From: Macrostomum lignano
Lineage: Eukaryota
Assembly: GCA_002269645.1 (NCBI GenBank)
Contig: NIVC01003037.1
Coordinates: 1 to 64,000, forward strand
DNA: 64,000 nucleotides
Direction of reading: 5' to 3'
Part shown: piece after piece, positions 10,199 through 22,356 of the stretch
Position numbering within the stretch: the stretch's first letter is position 1
How the letters are laid out: every line of letters begins with the position of its first letter
The notes under the pieces: model-generated
Database searches by the model: none
Seen by the model: only the letters and a program-made list of their open reading frames with translations
What the model was told of the DNA's origin: nothing
Made by a program: the position numbers and the translations under genes

Positions 10199-12789
10199 AA
10201 CAGCCTCCCTCCAACGGAGATCGCAGCTGTATTGCTAATGGTGTGCGCATTACCGAATCTGCGAGAATGGGTCGTCACCGAACCTGAGATAATGGTGATA
10301 ATTTGATGTAAAATTTCATGCCTAGTTTTGCGGTCATATTCATGAAACGCTTTATTATAACGACGTATACTAAACGCAACTTATTTTTATTTGGTCGTCG
10401 ATTATGCCTTTTGGTTTGTCAAGCCGTGTTTTCAAACTTACGAAATACGACTATTAAGACGTTTTGTTTATGCGATTATTTGATGTAATGAAATGATGTA
10501 ATGAAGTTTAAAATGAAATGGCGAATTGAAATGCATGCAGATATGGATATAAAATTGAAAAGCTTCACAAGAAGCAAAATTGATTAAATATAGCGTAATA
10601 AATTATCTACCATGAACTCATAAGTTCCTGCTTTTTAGATCGGCACTTTTCTTGCCATTTGCAATGCCCCACTAACTATATACAGCGCATAGCCCCTGAT
10701 CTACTTAATGACATCGGAATGCAGAACCTATCAACCCAAAAAAGGGCATGCTATTGTGGTAGTGCGAAGTAAAACGCGAGTGATAGTGGCAAGAGTTATA
10801 GTGAAAAAAGTAAAAAAAGCCGCAGTTTTAACTAAAATGTTACAGATTTGATTTGTGATCTCGCAATCTGTCCTTCTCAACTTTTAAGGACCCCCAGCTA
10901 TAGCTGGGCAGGCTGGTTGCTCTTTCTGCGTGTGTCGTTCCGATTTCCATCTCGCAGACAATCGTCGGGCCGGGCGAAAACGAAGCCAAAATAGCATTGA
11001 GATTGTGTATCAAGGCGCTGACCGACAAGCTAAGGAACTTTCACGATGTCAGTCGTTCATCTAGTCTGGTGCCCGACGTCCGCGAGGATCTGCAGTGTCG
11101 CCGCGTGCTTGTCTGGACTGTCTTTAATTCTGTGAGGGTGATTCGTGATTCTGCAGTCCAAGAGAGGCAACGGCGACAGACAAGTTCGAACAGCAGGAAG
11201 TTGACTCTTCAAGATCAGCGACGAGCGAGATACCAACACGGCACTGTATTGTGGCGGGGCCTAGCTGGTCCGTCCAAGCGACCTGTTGCGCCCTCGGTGA
11301 CGTCAGCTGGCAGGCCGAGTCGTACTGCCCTCAGCCGGTGCAGGAGGTGCTGCTGCTGACTCTGCAGTCACCCAGCTACCGGCACGTACATTTACTCCGC
11401 CTTTCGTCGACTGGGTTCCAGCTGAGGCCGGTTTGCCAGATCAAAGTTCGGTGGCGAAAATCGCGATAAAAATAATCAAAAGCACGTGACTTTGCAAGAC
11501 TGTTGTCTGGCGTTAAAAATTGGCTCAAAGTAGGGAAAAGGGGCAAAAAACGCAAAGAGCCGCCTGCTAGTAGTCCACACGGCAAGAGCTCAATATGATA
11601 GTATATTAAAAGTTTTAAAAGAATGAGTCCTCATCAGAAAACTGCAAAATACTTTTTGAGTGGCCCGTGTAAGCATCTGTAATGAATTGGTGTTTGTTGA
11701 AACATCTTGTTCACATTTCAACAAGCAAGTTTCTCAGAGGGTGTCACAACTGAATGCAAAACTATTGAGTTGAAAATTGACGCGAATAAAAAGATGGCTT
11801 TCTCTAAGCAGCCTGTCTATCAATTCTATTGTTTACCTGCGAAATTTAGAGTGGCCTCACGTCAACAAAGCAACCCTGGCAGGTTCCTCAGGCATGAGGA
11901 CTACATGCTTCTTTCCAGGTCACTCAGGGTTACAAAAGAAATTGTCAGAATTAGTTGCAGCCATCATTCAACATCAAATGCGAAGAGCTCTTGCTACTCA
12001 CCTGCCCACAGATACTCGAGGCAGATGCATCTAGGAGAACAGAATAAGGAGAAATGCAAAGCCCTGTGGAAAGTATGCAGACCTCTTTTGTGCTATAGTT
12101 GTCGCTGAAAAGTAGAAAACAGAGAACAGATACGAAGTTATCCACATTCAGGGACGAAATTCACGAATACCTCAAGGTGATGCGGATGTGAATACCGTGA
12201 GCGGAGGTTGATTTCTCCACCGGAGATTACCCGTGTCAAATGGGTCACTCGAATGACGATTTACTCTTATGCTCTTATGTCATGTACGTCCTCTAGTTTT
12301 AAAAAAGGCAAAACCTTCATCTCAGTCGAGTTTCCATAACAGCCCCAGTGCACAATGTTGAATTAATGAACGATACGTCAAAATAGTAAGACTTTTTGGA
12401 ATTGCTAAATAGAAAGAAAAAGCAAACCAGCTGTCACTAGAAGTGAAGAAGCAGACTTCATTTCAATTTATTATGAAAAATATTTTGATTTTATTTGATT
12501 CATTTTGATTTTAGCTCGTAATGGTACTTTAGGTAAATAACAAGGCGCTGCTGAAAACGCTCAAATCCCTTAGTGCTAAAGAAACTCATTACTTTATATT
12601 ACGATAATTAATTGAAAATTTCTCTAAAAGCAAATCGATAGAGATTAAAATTAATAATAAAAATGAGCCAACCTAGACGAGGTCACCTGGAACGTCACGA
12701 ATAAGTCGGTTGTCTACAAACTGCGCAACAAAGTTAAATGGAAAGGTAAAAATTAGCCTGCTTAAATATTGTAAATTTAGCTGGGGATG

Positions 12790-13518
12790 TTAGTCGAAGG
12801 GAGACCAGCATTCGCACAGGACGGCTCGTGGGGTAGCAGAGACCTCTCTGAAGTCGGACAGCTTGTCGTGACCGTTCCACCTTCCGATAGCATTCTCCGG
12901 ATCCTCGGGCTCTCCGCTGCCCCACAGGCTGGCGTCAACGGAGATGTTGCAGCCGACCCAGTACCAGCCGCCTGCTGGCTCCGGGCTGCCAGCCGGCTGG
13001 AGGCCGCCCAGCCAGAACGAGGTGCCGCCCGCCCGGCTGTCGTAGATCGAGTCCACGTGGCTCATCTCGGAGGCGTCCACCACGTCGGCCATGATCACCA
13101 GACCGCTCTCCAACTCGCACAGGCGTCTGCTCGGCCACCAGAAATCGGCGTTAAAGTGCAGCTTGTACTTCACTCCGCACAGGTCGTCTCCGTAGCCAGA
13201 CGGACACAGCGCGCCCGCCTCGAGTCCCGGCTGCTGCTTCACAAACACCTGGCCTCTCCTGGAGCAGCCGCAGTCCCTCACCGACTTGCTGCACTTGTCG
13301 AACACGAACAGCTGGCACGGACCGTCAGCCAGGCTGAACGCTTGGCAGCGCCGGTTGCGGCTGCACAGAGCGGCACAGCCGATCTCAGAGTGCGAGCCAG
13401 GTGGAGTTTCAATGAAGTCGCTCCTGATGCACAGGTAGCCTTTGATTTGTCTGTAGCTTTGTAGCACTGCACCTGGAAGTCCAAACGCCAAAAGGATGAT
13501 CACCAGCTTTGCTGACAT
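12790..13518 (-). CDS. Secreted PAN/apple-like + C-type lectin paralog 3 (CTL-3), 242 aa, single coding exon
   Basis: ORF begins MSAKLVIILLAFGLPGAVL (signal peptide). Same Cys core as the other paralogs; lectin domain ~97% nt-identical to CTL-2. Confidence 0.9.
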   Translation of the reverse strand: MSAKLVIILLAFGLPGAVLQSYRQIKGYLCIRSDFIETPPGSHSEIGCAALCSRNRRCQAFSLADGPCQLFVFDKCSKSVRDCGCSRRGQVFVKQQPGLEAGALCPSGYGDDLCGVKYKLHFNADFWWPSRRLCELESGLVIMADVVDASEMSHVDSIYDSRAGGTSFWLGGLQPAGSPEPAGGWYWVGCNISVDASLWGSGEPEDPENAIGRWNGHDKLSDFREVSATPRAVLCECWSPFD

Positions 13519-15246
13519 TTGATTTTTCGTAGCGCGGATATGATCGGTGAGTTAAAAGTCGGTAAAAATTAGTTGAAGCACGAGACGGACGGGTGGTTAC
13601 TAAATGGAATGTTTTGTTTTATCCAACGCTCACCGAATTTTAATGCTATGAAAGAAAATCTACCAGAGAACCTCCATGCTTGTTCATATCAAAAAACTTT
13701 TCTGTTGCGAGGTTCGGGGAGTGTGGATTGCAATGGATACCAGCGTGGGCCGGATTGGCTGGGCCACGGAGTTCTAAACAGAGCACCTGAATTGTACAAT
13801 GAAGTACAAGAATCAATCACTTAATTAAGTTTGGCATCCCACTTCTGTCAGATGCTCAACCACACAGTAAAATAGGCGTAGCGAACATGTACATGTACAT
13901 CTATACAAGTAACTAAGAGCTAAGACAGCGAGAGACAAGTAGAGAGAATTTAAAAGGTACAGAGATTAGCTAATCTCGAAGTCATAGCTGCTCAAAACGG
14001 CACGCTGCATCTACAGGATTGCACTGACCATGACGGAACAGAGAGGGATGTTTGCAAGCAGTTCTTGCGCATACACAAGTCTATTGGAGAATTTAATTCC
14101 CAGAAAGAGAATTTTCATGTACCCGTACTTGAACTTTCACGTGTTTGGCCTTAAATGTGTCAAATCGACGGTTAGCGCTGGCGCAGAACTAAATGTACAT
14201 GTATCAGAGCATTTAGTAGATCACCGCCTTAGGGAATTGCAGCGTCAAACGGAGTTCGAGCGACGTGAGAATTTTTGCAGTAGCTTGTTCAAAGAGGTGC
14301 GGTTTGGTGAGCGCGTCCACGTCATCCTACTGTTCCCGGTCATGAGCGGCCCAAGAGCTCAGCATGCAGCTGAGTCATCACTGACAGCTGAATTGCTTTT
14401 TGCAAAATATACTGGACAACAAAAACTTGTCCAGTATCATCGAAAGCTAGCTTTGACTTCAATTTTTTGACGGCTTACTCTTTAAGTTGAATAAACTCTC
14501 TGCAAGCTCGCATCAGTTTAAAGTAGTTAAGGGCATCATTATATTGTACTCTGAGACGTTGTGAGTGCATGTACTTCACATACCATACTACTCGTAGACA
14601 AGGTGTGCAAACGGATTAATTACCTTTGAATTCGAAAATTGCTTACTTACTTAGCTCCGAAGAGCAGGTAAAAAGCAAATTTTAACGGTTGAGCGTGTCG
14701 TCCAAAGCAAGATTTGACTTGTCAGCCAGCTCATTAGTGCTCAACCACAGGAAATTATTAATTACTGTCAGATTTATGCATGTATATTGACAATAGTTAT
14801 CTTTTGCCCTATTTTCCTTTATGTACTTTTGCGTTTAGGGGCCCCCAATTGGGCCGTTTTCCTTTTCCTGTTGTGTGCACTTTAAATATAGCCTGGCCCT
14901 CGCCTCGGTCTCTCAATTATCTCTTATCTCTCTCTCCTCGCTCTTCCGTTTTTACGCTCGTACGACCGTTTAAATACGCCTGTTGCTAAATTAGTTCTGT
15001 GTTAGTTCATTCCTAGTCAATTACTAGCAATCTACGCCCCCCGTTGGGGAGCCAAAGAAATGCAATACACGTTTTTTAATAAGCTACATGTATCCTTGAA
15101 ATCTTAAAAAATCTCCTGTCAAACCTTGTAAGCCTTGACATGTCAGTAATTCCCCCCCCACAAGCTTTAACATATCAACTTCCCCCCTTGACATCTCAGC
15201 AATGCCCCCAATAAGCCTTGGAAATCTAAAAATATCTGTCAACTTT

Positions 15247-15306
15247 CTAACCCTAACCCTAGCCTAACCCCAACCCTACCCTAACCCTACCCTAACCTAA
15301 CCCTAA
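15247..15306. repeat. Degenerate interstitial telomere-like (CCCTAA)n tract; weaker copy at ~15700-15750
   Basis: CTAACCCTAACCCTAGCCTAACCCCAACCCTACCCTAACCCTACCCTAACCTAACCCTAA. Confidence 0.8.
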
Positions 15307-16139
15307 AGCATTGAAATAAAGCATTGAAATTTCAGTAATTCTCTCTAAGAGTCATTATAGCACTACTACAGCATTATAGCGATTCCCTGCAAGCCTCGAC
15401 ATCGTAGGGATTCCCAAATGAATCTCTTAACTTCGACATGAAGCTTCTTTTATTTTTTACATTACGCTTTTTTTATCAGCGATCCCTCCCCTGAGGAGGC
15501 ATCAAATAATGTAATAAAAAGTTTTCAATAAACTACATGTAGCTTCTGACTTTAGCCTTGAAATCTCATTTATACCCACGTGAGCCTTGACATCTCAGCT
15601 ATTCCCCCCGTAAGCCTTGACATGTCAGCGATGGCCCCCATAAACCTTGAAATCTAAAAAATCCCCTGTTATTCTGTTAACCTTGAAACCCGATAAAATA
15701 TAACCCTCAACCCACACCTGACCTAAACCTAACTTTAACCCAACCTAAAGCCTTGAAATCTCAGCAATTCTTCTCCCCTAAGCCTTGAAATTTTAGTGAT
15801 TCCTTCTTTAAGAATCACAGCATTATAACGATTTCCACCAAGCTTTGACATCGTAGCAATTCCCAAATGAATCTTTTAACTTCGACATGACTTTTCTTTT
15901 ATGTATACATAGTGCTACTTTTATTTTTTTACATGACTCTTCTTCTATCAGCGCCCCCCGTGGCGAGCCAACAAAGAATGTAATGAAAAAATTGAGTAAA
16001 GTACATGAACTTTGAAGTATTGCAATAGCTTCTGACTTTTGCTTTGACATCTCAGAAACCCCCCCCCGTAATCTCAGTTATTCTCTGATAGCCTTTACGT
16101 CTCAGTTTTTCTCCCCAGCACAGCATTATAGCTGCATTT

Positions 16140-16320
16140 AATTTTTTACATGACACCCTTCATGTCTGACATGACGCTTCTATGATTTTTTACATGACGC
16201 TTCTATGATTTTTTACATGACGCTTCTATGATTTTTTACATGGCATTTCTATGATTTTTTACATGACGCTTCTATGATTGTTTACATGACGCTTCTATGA
16301 TTTTTACATGACGCTTCTTT
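16140..16320. repeat. Minisatellite, ~23-bp unit, ~7 copies
   Basis: TTTTTTACATGACGCTTCTATGA repeated. Confidence 0.9.
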
Positions 16321-16938
16321 TTAAAAAGTCTTTTAGTTTTCCTGACGTTAAAAAGCTTTAATTAAAAAAATTATACTTTATGAAAATTCGAACCAATTCG
16401 AACCAAACTGCATTTAGCAGTTCAGTTTGTTTACCTCTAGGCTAGCTCTCATCGTTTTGATAACACCAAATTTTGCACTTATATAATTCAACACTTTAAA
16501 ATCCAAGCATAGAGTAAATCACACAAAGCAGTTATGACATAATCAGTTTCTCAGTCAGTCAGTATCAGTTAACAATATGGTTACGCAATTTAAATCAAGT
16601 CTGGTGCTACACTTCCACACTGCATTTTCAATTCAAGTCGGAGTTACAATTCAGTTATGATGCAATCTATTTCAGAATCAGAATTCAACCAGTCAGTTTT
16701 TTTTCTAGCATTCTTACAATGCATTTCAAGTCGAAAAGTTTGCTTGACCTTTGCAAAAAAGCATGTTTTTCGAATATTTAATGCCTTTAGCATCGAGCAA
16801 TTTCTTAGCCACGATGCATGTACAGTCACGGGAAAATTTCTGATCGAACAGTGCAAGTCTTATGAAAATCGGTTAAGCCATTTTTTCTGTAATCGATTAC
16901 AAGCAAGCAAGCAAGATTTTCATTTTTAGTATATAGGA

Positions 16939-19900
16939 CTAGCCAATTCCAACCCCCGTTGGGGCTTTCCGTCAGAACTCCTACCAAAGTTTTCCCACGC
17001 AAAAGAAATTCACCCAACTCAACCCCCCATCCAAAGAATCTCTAATCCATAAAGTCCCTGATGCAAATAATCTCACATGCAAAAAACCCTCATCCAAAGA
17101 ATCCCATACAAAGAACCCCCCATCGACAGAATCCCCGATCCGAAGAATTCCCCATTCAAGGTGCCTCTATCTGTAGAATTCCCTATTTAATGAGTCGCCC
17201 ATCCATAGAATCTGACATGCAAAGAATACCAATCCTTCCCGTCCCATCCCCATCCCATCCCATTGATAGAATCCCCGATCCGAAGAATGAATCCTCCCAT
17301 CTGAAGAATTCCCCGTCCAATGAATCCCTTATTACAGAAATAAGTCCGTTGGGGCTTTCCGTCCAAACTCCAATCACAGTTTTCCCTATCCACAAAATCT
17401 CCGATGCAAAGAATCTCACATGCAAAGAATCCTTTATCCAAAGAACCCCCATCGATTGAATCACCGATCCGAAGAATTCCCCTTTCAAGGAATCCTCCCA
17501 TCTGAAGAATTCCCCATCCAATGAATCCCCTACTCAATAAATCCTCATCCACAGAATTCCCATCCAAAGAATCCTCCATCCATCCATATCCAAAGAATCC
17601 ACCCAAATAATTCATATCATAATCCCCATCCACAAAATCCCCATCCAAAGAAACCAAAGAATCTCCCATCCAAATAATCCTCCTATCAATAGAATTCTTG
17701 GCCAAAGAATTTCCTCATCTAAAGAACCCCGTCCAAATAATCCCCATACAAAGAATCCAAAGAATCTCCCATCCAAATAATTCCCCTATCAATAGAATTC
17801 TTGGCCAAAGAATCCCCTCATCTAAAAAACCCCCGTCCAAATATCCCCCATCAAAAGAATCCTTTATCTAAAGAATCCCCCGATTCAAAAAATCCTCCAT
17901 CGAAACAATGCCCCATCGAAGGAATTCCTCAATGAATCAAAGATATACATTAAAAGCATCCCTCATCCAAAGAATCATCAATCCATAGAATTTCCCCCAA
18001 GGCTTAACATCTCAGCCGTTCCCCCAAGCCTCGACACCTCAGAAATTTCCCCCAAGCATTGACATCTCAGCAATTCCGGCGCAAGCCTTGACATCTTACC
18101 AATTTCTCCCCGTCCAAAGCCTTGACTTCTCAGTAATTCCCCTCCCCAAGCCTTGACATATCAGTAATTCCCCCAGTAAGCCTTCATATCTCAGTAATTC
18201 CTCCAGTAAGTCTTGACATCTTAGCAATTTCTCCCCGTCCAAAGCCTTGGCATCTCAGCGATTTCCCTCCCAAAGTCTTGACACCTCAGCAATTCCTTCT
18301 TAAGCCTTCACATCTCAGCAATCCCCCCAAGCCTTGACATCTCAGAAATTCCCCAAGCCTTGACATCTGAGTAATTCTCCTTCCCAAGGCTTGACATCTC
18401 AGGAACTCCCTCTGAGCCTTGATTCCCCACAAGCTTTGACATCTGAGCAAGTCCCTCTTAAGCCTTGGCATCTCAGCAATTCCCCGACGGCGACAAGATT
18501 AGACATCTCAGCAGTTTACCCCTAAGACTTGACATCTCAGCAGTTTACCCCTAAGACTTGACATCTCAGCAGTTTACCCCTACTAAGACTTGACATCTCA
18601 GCAGTTTACCCCTAAGACTTGACATCTCAGCAGTTTACCCCTAAGACTTGACATTTCAGCAGTTTACCCCTAAGACTTGACATCTCAGCAGTTTACCCCT
18701 AAGACTTGACATCTCAGCAGTTTACCCCTTAGACTTGACATCTCAGCAGTTTACCCCTTAGACTTGACATCTCAGCAGTTTACCCCTTAGACTTGACATC
18801 TCAGCAGTTTACCCCTTAGACTTGACATCTCAGCAGTTTACCCCTTAGACTTGACATCTCAGCAGTTTACCCCTAAGACTTGAAATCTCAGCAATTCCCC
18901 TCACAAGCCTTGGCATCTCAGCAAGTCTCTCTTAAGGTAAGATTTTATACATGTATCTCAATAATTCCCCTGTAAATCTTGACATCTTAGAATTTTATTC
19001 CGAGCAAGCATCCCCCAAGAGAAAACGTCCTTCTGATAGCAATCATCCCTTGATAGAAAGTACCCCCAGCAAGATTAGTGAAACAATTTCCTCAGCTAGC
19101 CAATTCCAACCCCCGTTTGGGCTTTTCGTCCAAACTCCAACCACAATTTTCTTACACAATAAAATTTAACCCAACTGAATCTCCCATCCAAAGAATCCAC
19201 CACCTATAGAATCCACGATACAAAGAATCTCACATGCAAAGAATACCCCATCCAAAAAACCTCCCATTTATAGAAACCCCTATCCGAAGACTCATCTAAA
19301 GAATCCCCGTCCAAACAATGCCATATCCAAAAGGATCCCTTTATCGAATGAATCATTCATCTAAAGAACCCCCCATTCAAAGAACCCTCCATCGAAAGAA
19401 TCCCCCATCGAAGGAATTTCCCAATGAATCACCTATCTAAAGATATCCATTAGAAGCAGCCCTTGTGGAAAGAATCTCCAATCCATAGAATCCCCCCCCC
19501 CAAGAATTGACATCTCAACAATTTCCCCCAAGCTTGACACCTCAGTAATTCTCTCTTAAGCTTTGTTATCTCAGCAATTCGCTCTCAAGACTTGAAATTT
19601 CAGGAACCCCCAAGACTTGACGTCTCATAAATTTTCCCCAAGCCTTGACATCTCAGCAGTCCTCCAAGTAAGCCTTTATATCTCGGTGATTCCTCCAGTA
19701 AGTTTTGACATCTTAGCAATTTCTCCCCATCCAAAGCCTTGCTATCTCAGCGATACCTCCCCAAGCCTTCACATCTCAGTAATTCCCTGCGTAAGCCTTT
19801 ATATCTCAGTTATTCCCCCCGGTAAGTCTTGAAATCTTAGCTATCAAGGCGTCCAAAGCCTTGACATCTCAGAGATTCCCCCACGCCTTGAAATCTCAGC

Positions 19901-21275
19901 AATTTCCTCTTAAGCCTTGCCATCTCAGCAAGTCCGTTTTAAGCCTTTGACATCTCAGTAATTCCCCCAGTAAGCCTACATATTTGAATAATTCCCCAGT
20001 AAGTCTTGGCATCTCAGCAATCTCCCCTGAGCAAGCGTCCTTCCGATAGCAAGCATCCCCTGATATAAAGTACCCCAAGCAAGATAGTAAGAAAATTTCC
20101 TCAGCTAGTACTCGTACAATAATTAATTTCTTATCTAGTGCAATAATCCTTTTCAAAAGTTAAAGTTTAATAAGAATTTTCGAATACACTACATGAACGC
20201 TCGTAGCTTCTTCTCTTTTATCTGATTTATTTGACGTTTTTTAAAGTTTCCTTCAACTGTCTTGAAATTAAAATTTTTAAGAAAAAACTTTTACACTCTA
20301 AAAATTCGAACCCACGTCGCTGCATTAGCAGTTCAGTCTGTTCACTTCTAGGCTAGCTCTCATCGTTTTGATAACATGAATTTTAGCACTTATATATTTC
20401 AACACTGAAAACTCCAAGCATAGAGTAGAAATCGCTCGAAGCAAGTTATGACATAATCAATTTCTCAGGCAGTCAATATCAGTTTCAATTATTAAAGTCA
20501 ACAATTAAAGTCAACAATATGGTTACGCAATCTAAATTGAAATCCAATGGCGCTGGTTTGAATTTTGGAGTTGCGATAAAGTAGGGGTTTGCGTTATGGG
20601 AGAGTGTACAATGAGTATATATAGTAAAATGCATAGAAATCTTCTTTTTAATGCTGTGCTTTTAATTTTTCGAATCTCAGCAAACAAATTATATTCCCGA
20701 ACTCAGCGTTTCTAGCTCTTTCCAGCAATACAAGGCTCTCTTCTGAAAGTGAAAAACTCGAAGCAAAAATAACAATTGAACATTCCTGCTTTAAAGCATT
20801 CAAATTCATAAAGGTGTACATTCAGCGCCAGTTACAGTGAGAGGCCTGCAAGTTGATCCATTAAAATTAACAACCAAGCCAATGCCCAGGACTAATTGAA
20901 TAGCGACACCCGCCCTTCAATTTCAGTATCTAAAATGTGTTGCGCAACCTTTCAACGCTTGTAGCTCTCCACGCGAGTGTAGAGAACCAATGCTATAGTT
21001 GGCACTGAGTTATGATGCAATGCAATTCCATCGGCAGTCAGACTGCTTCTCAATCGGAAAGAACTGTTTGAACTTTAAAAAACGGGGTAAAAAATCGAGT
21101 TTTTCGAATATTTAAGCCCGAAAAAATAAAGCAATTTCTTAGCAAAATTTTGTGTACCAGCGCACCATCAATACGCATCGAATGCAGAAAACCCCACGAA
21201 ATTCCGACCATGTAGAGTGAAGTTAAGCGAAGGTTCCTATAGGTACATAGTTTTGATTTTTAGTATATTGGAGGA
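16939..21275 (-). mobile_element. Non-autonomous Helitron-like element B, head-to-tail with A, internally duplicated and filled with AAAGAATCCCC-type and CCTTGACATCTCAGCAATT-type degenerate arrays
   Basis: Minus-strand 5' end A|TCC-TCCAATATACTAAAAATC (~21275) resembles the 5' end of A. The 3' end is CCCCAACGGGG, 11 nt, CTAG (16942-16939), directly abutting the TC of A. Another 3'-end copy is at ~19096-19120. Block 20300-20545 is homologous to 16380-16610. Confidence 0.55.
18502..18885. repeat. Homogeneous minisatellite, 29-bp unit, ~13 copies, inside element B
   Basis: AGACTTGACATCTCAGCAGTTTACCCCT(A/T) repeated; a recently expanded variant of the surrounding degenerate array. Confidence 0.95.
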
Positions 21276-21807
21276 TTTGTTCCACTAGCAATTCGACACT
21301 AACTATTTTCAACGCGAGAAGCGGATTTTTTCCAGCTGAAACTTTTCCCACACGACCCCAATGTTCGGACGATTTGCCAGCTGGATTAAAGCACAGGTTT
21401 AAATCTTTGTCTCATTCAATTGTCTGCCAATATCATTCAGACAGGAAATCGCTATTAAAATTCATAGATGAGTGACGTAAACTCCTGATCGACTCAACAA
21501 GAGAGACGTTCTCCTCATCCAGCCCAAAACAATCATAACCAACGGCATTCTTCGGTAATAATAAAAAAGAAGTTTGTAGCAGTATTAATTTTCCTTTTAA
21601 TCAATTTATCGACGGATGCGTGAATTTATAGAAGCGCATATTACGAGTATTTATTAAGTCTAATTGTCAAGAATTTTATTGTTTTCCTTGAGAATTACCA
21701 AGCACTGTTGCATTCGTTACTCACAAAATGCATTCAATTTAGTACGGGTACTTAAACAGCATAGCAACCGGAGAATATCGAGCTCTAACATAGAATGCCA
21801 ACTGGCT

Positions 21808-22122
21808 TTTTGACCATAGACAATGAGTTAGACCTTTGAGTTTTGACCATAGACAATGGGTTGGACTTCTGACCATAGACGATGGTAAGCCATTGGTAAG
21901 TTAGGCTTTTGACCATAGACAATGAGTTAAGCATTTGACCATAGACGAGTTCGGCCTTTGACCATAGACAATGAATTAGACCTTTGACCATAGACAATGA
22001 GTTAAGCTTTTGACCATAGACAAGTTAGGCCTTTGACCATAGACAGTGGGTTAGACTTTTGACCATAGACAATGAGTTAAGCTTTTAAACATAGACAAGT
22101 TAGGCCTTTGACCATAGACAAA
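21808..22122. repeat. Degenerate minisatellite, core TTTGACCATAGACAA, ~11 copies
   Basis: Repeated TTTGACCATAGACAATGAGTTA with variable spacers, ~230 bp downstream of the IPO11 stop. Confidence 0.9.
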
Positions 22123-22356
22123 ACTGACTCATTAGTAGCTCATTGGTAAGGCATTATTCTCCCTGGGATGAAAGAATACATGACCATAGACACGTCCTAG
22201 ATAAATTAGCATTTCATTAGCTAAATTTTACCCGCGTATTCTTTCATCAAAACGAGCTTTAGCTGCCGTCAATGGGCTTCCTGAGTAAGTCAAGATTGGC
22301 ATTCTACAAGCATATATGTTGACGCTCAATATTCTTGGATAGCAACAAGCAATATT

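Larger units (their letters stand above)
15024..16938 (-). mobile_element. Non-autonomous Helitron-like element A with internal degenerate tandem repeats
   Basis: On the minus strand it starts TC-CTATATACTAAAAA (16938) and ends with hairpin CCCC-AAC-GGGG, ~12 nt, then CTAG|T (15027-15024), the canonical Helitron termini. No Rep/Hel ORF. Confidence 0.6.

Noticed and set aside
14780-15020. Possible solo LTR (TATA-like motif and pyrimidine tract)
   Set aside because: No TG...CA ends with a TSD and no second copy found.
15247-15306. True telomere or chromosome-fusion site
   Set aside because: Only ~60 bp, degenerate, single orientation, and embedded in a repeated module of a Helitron-like element.
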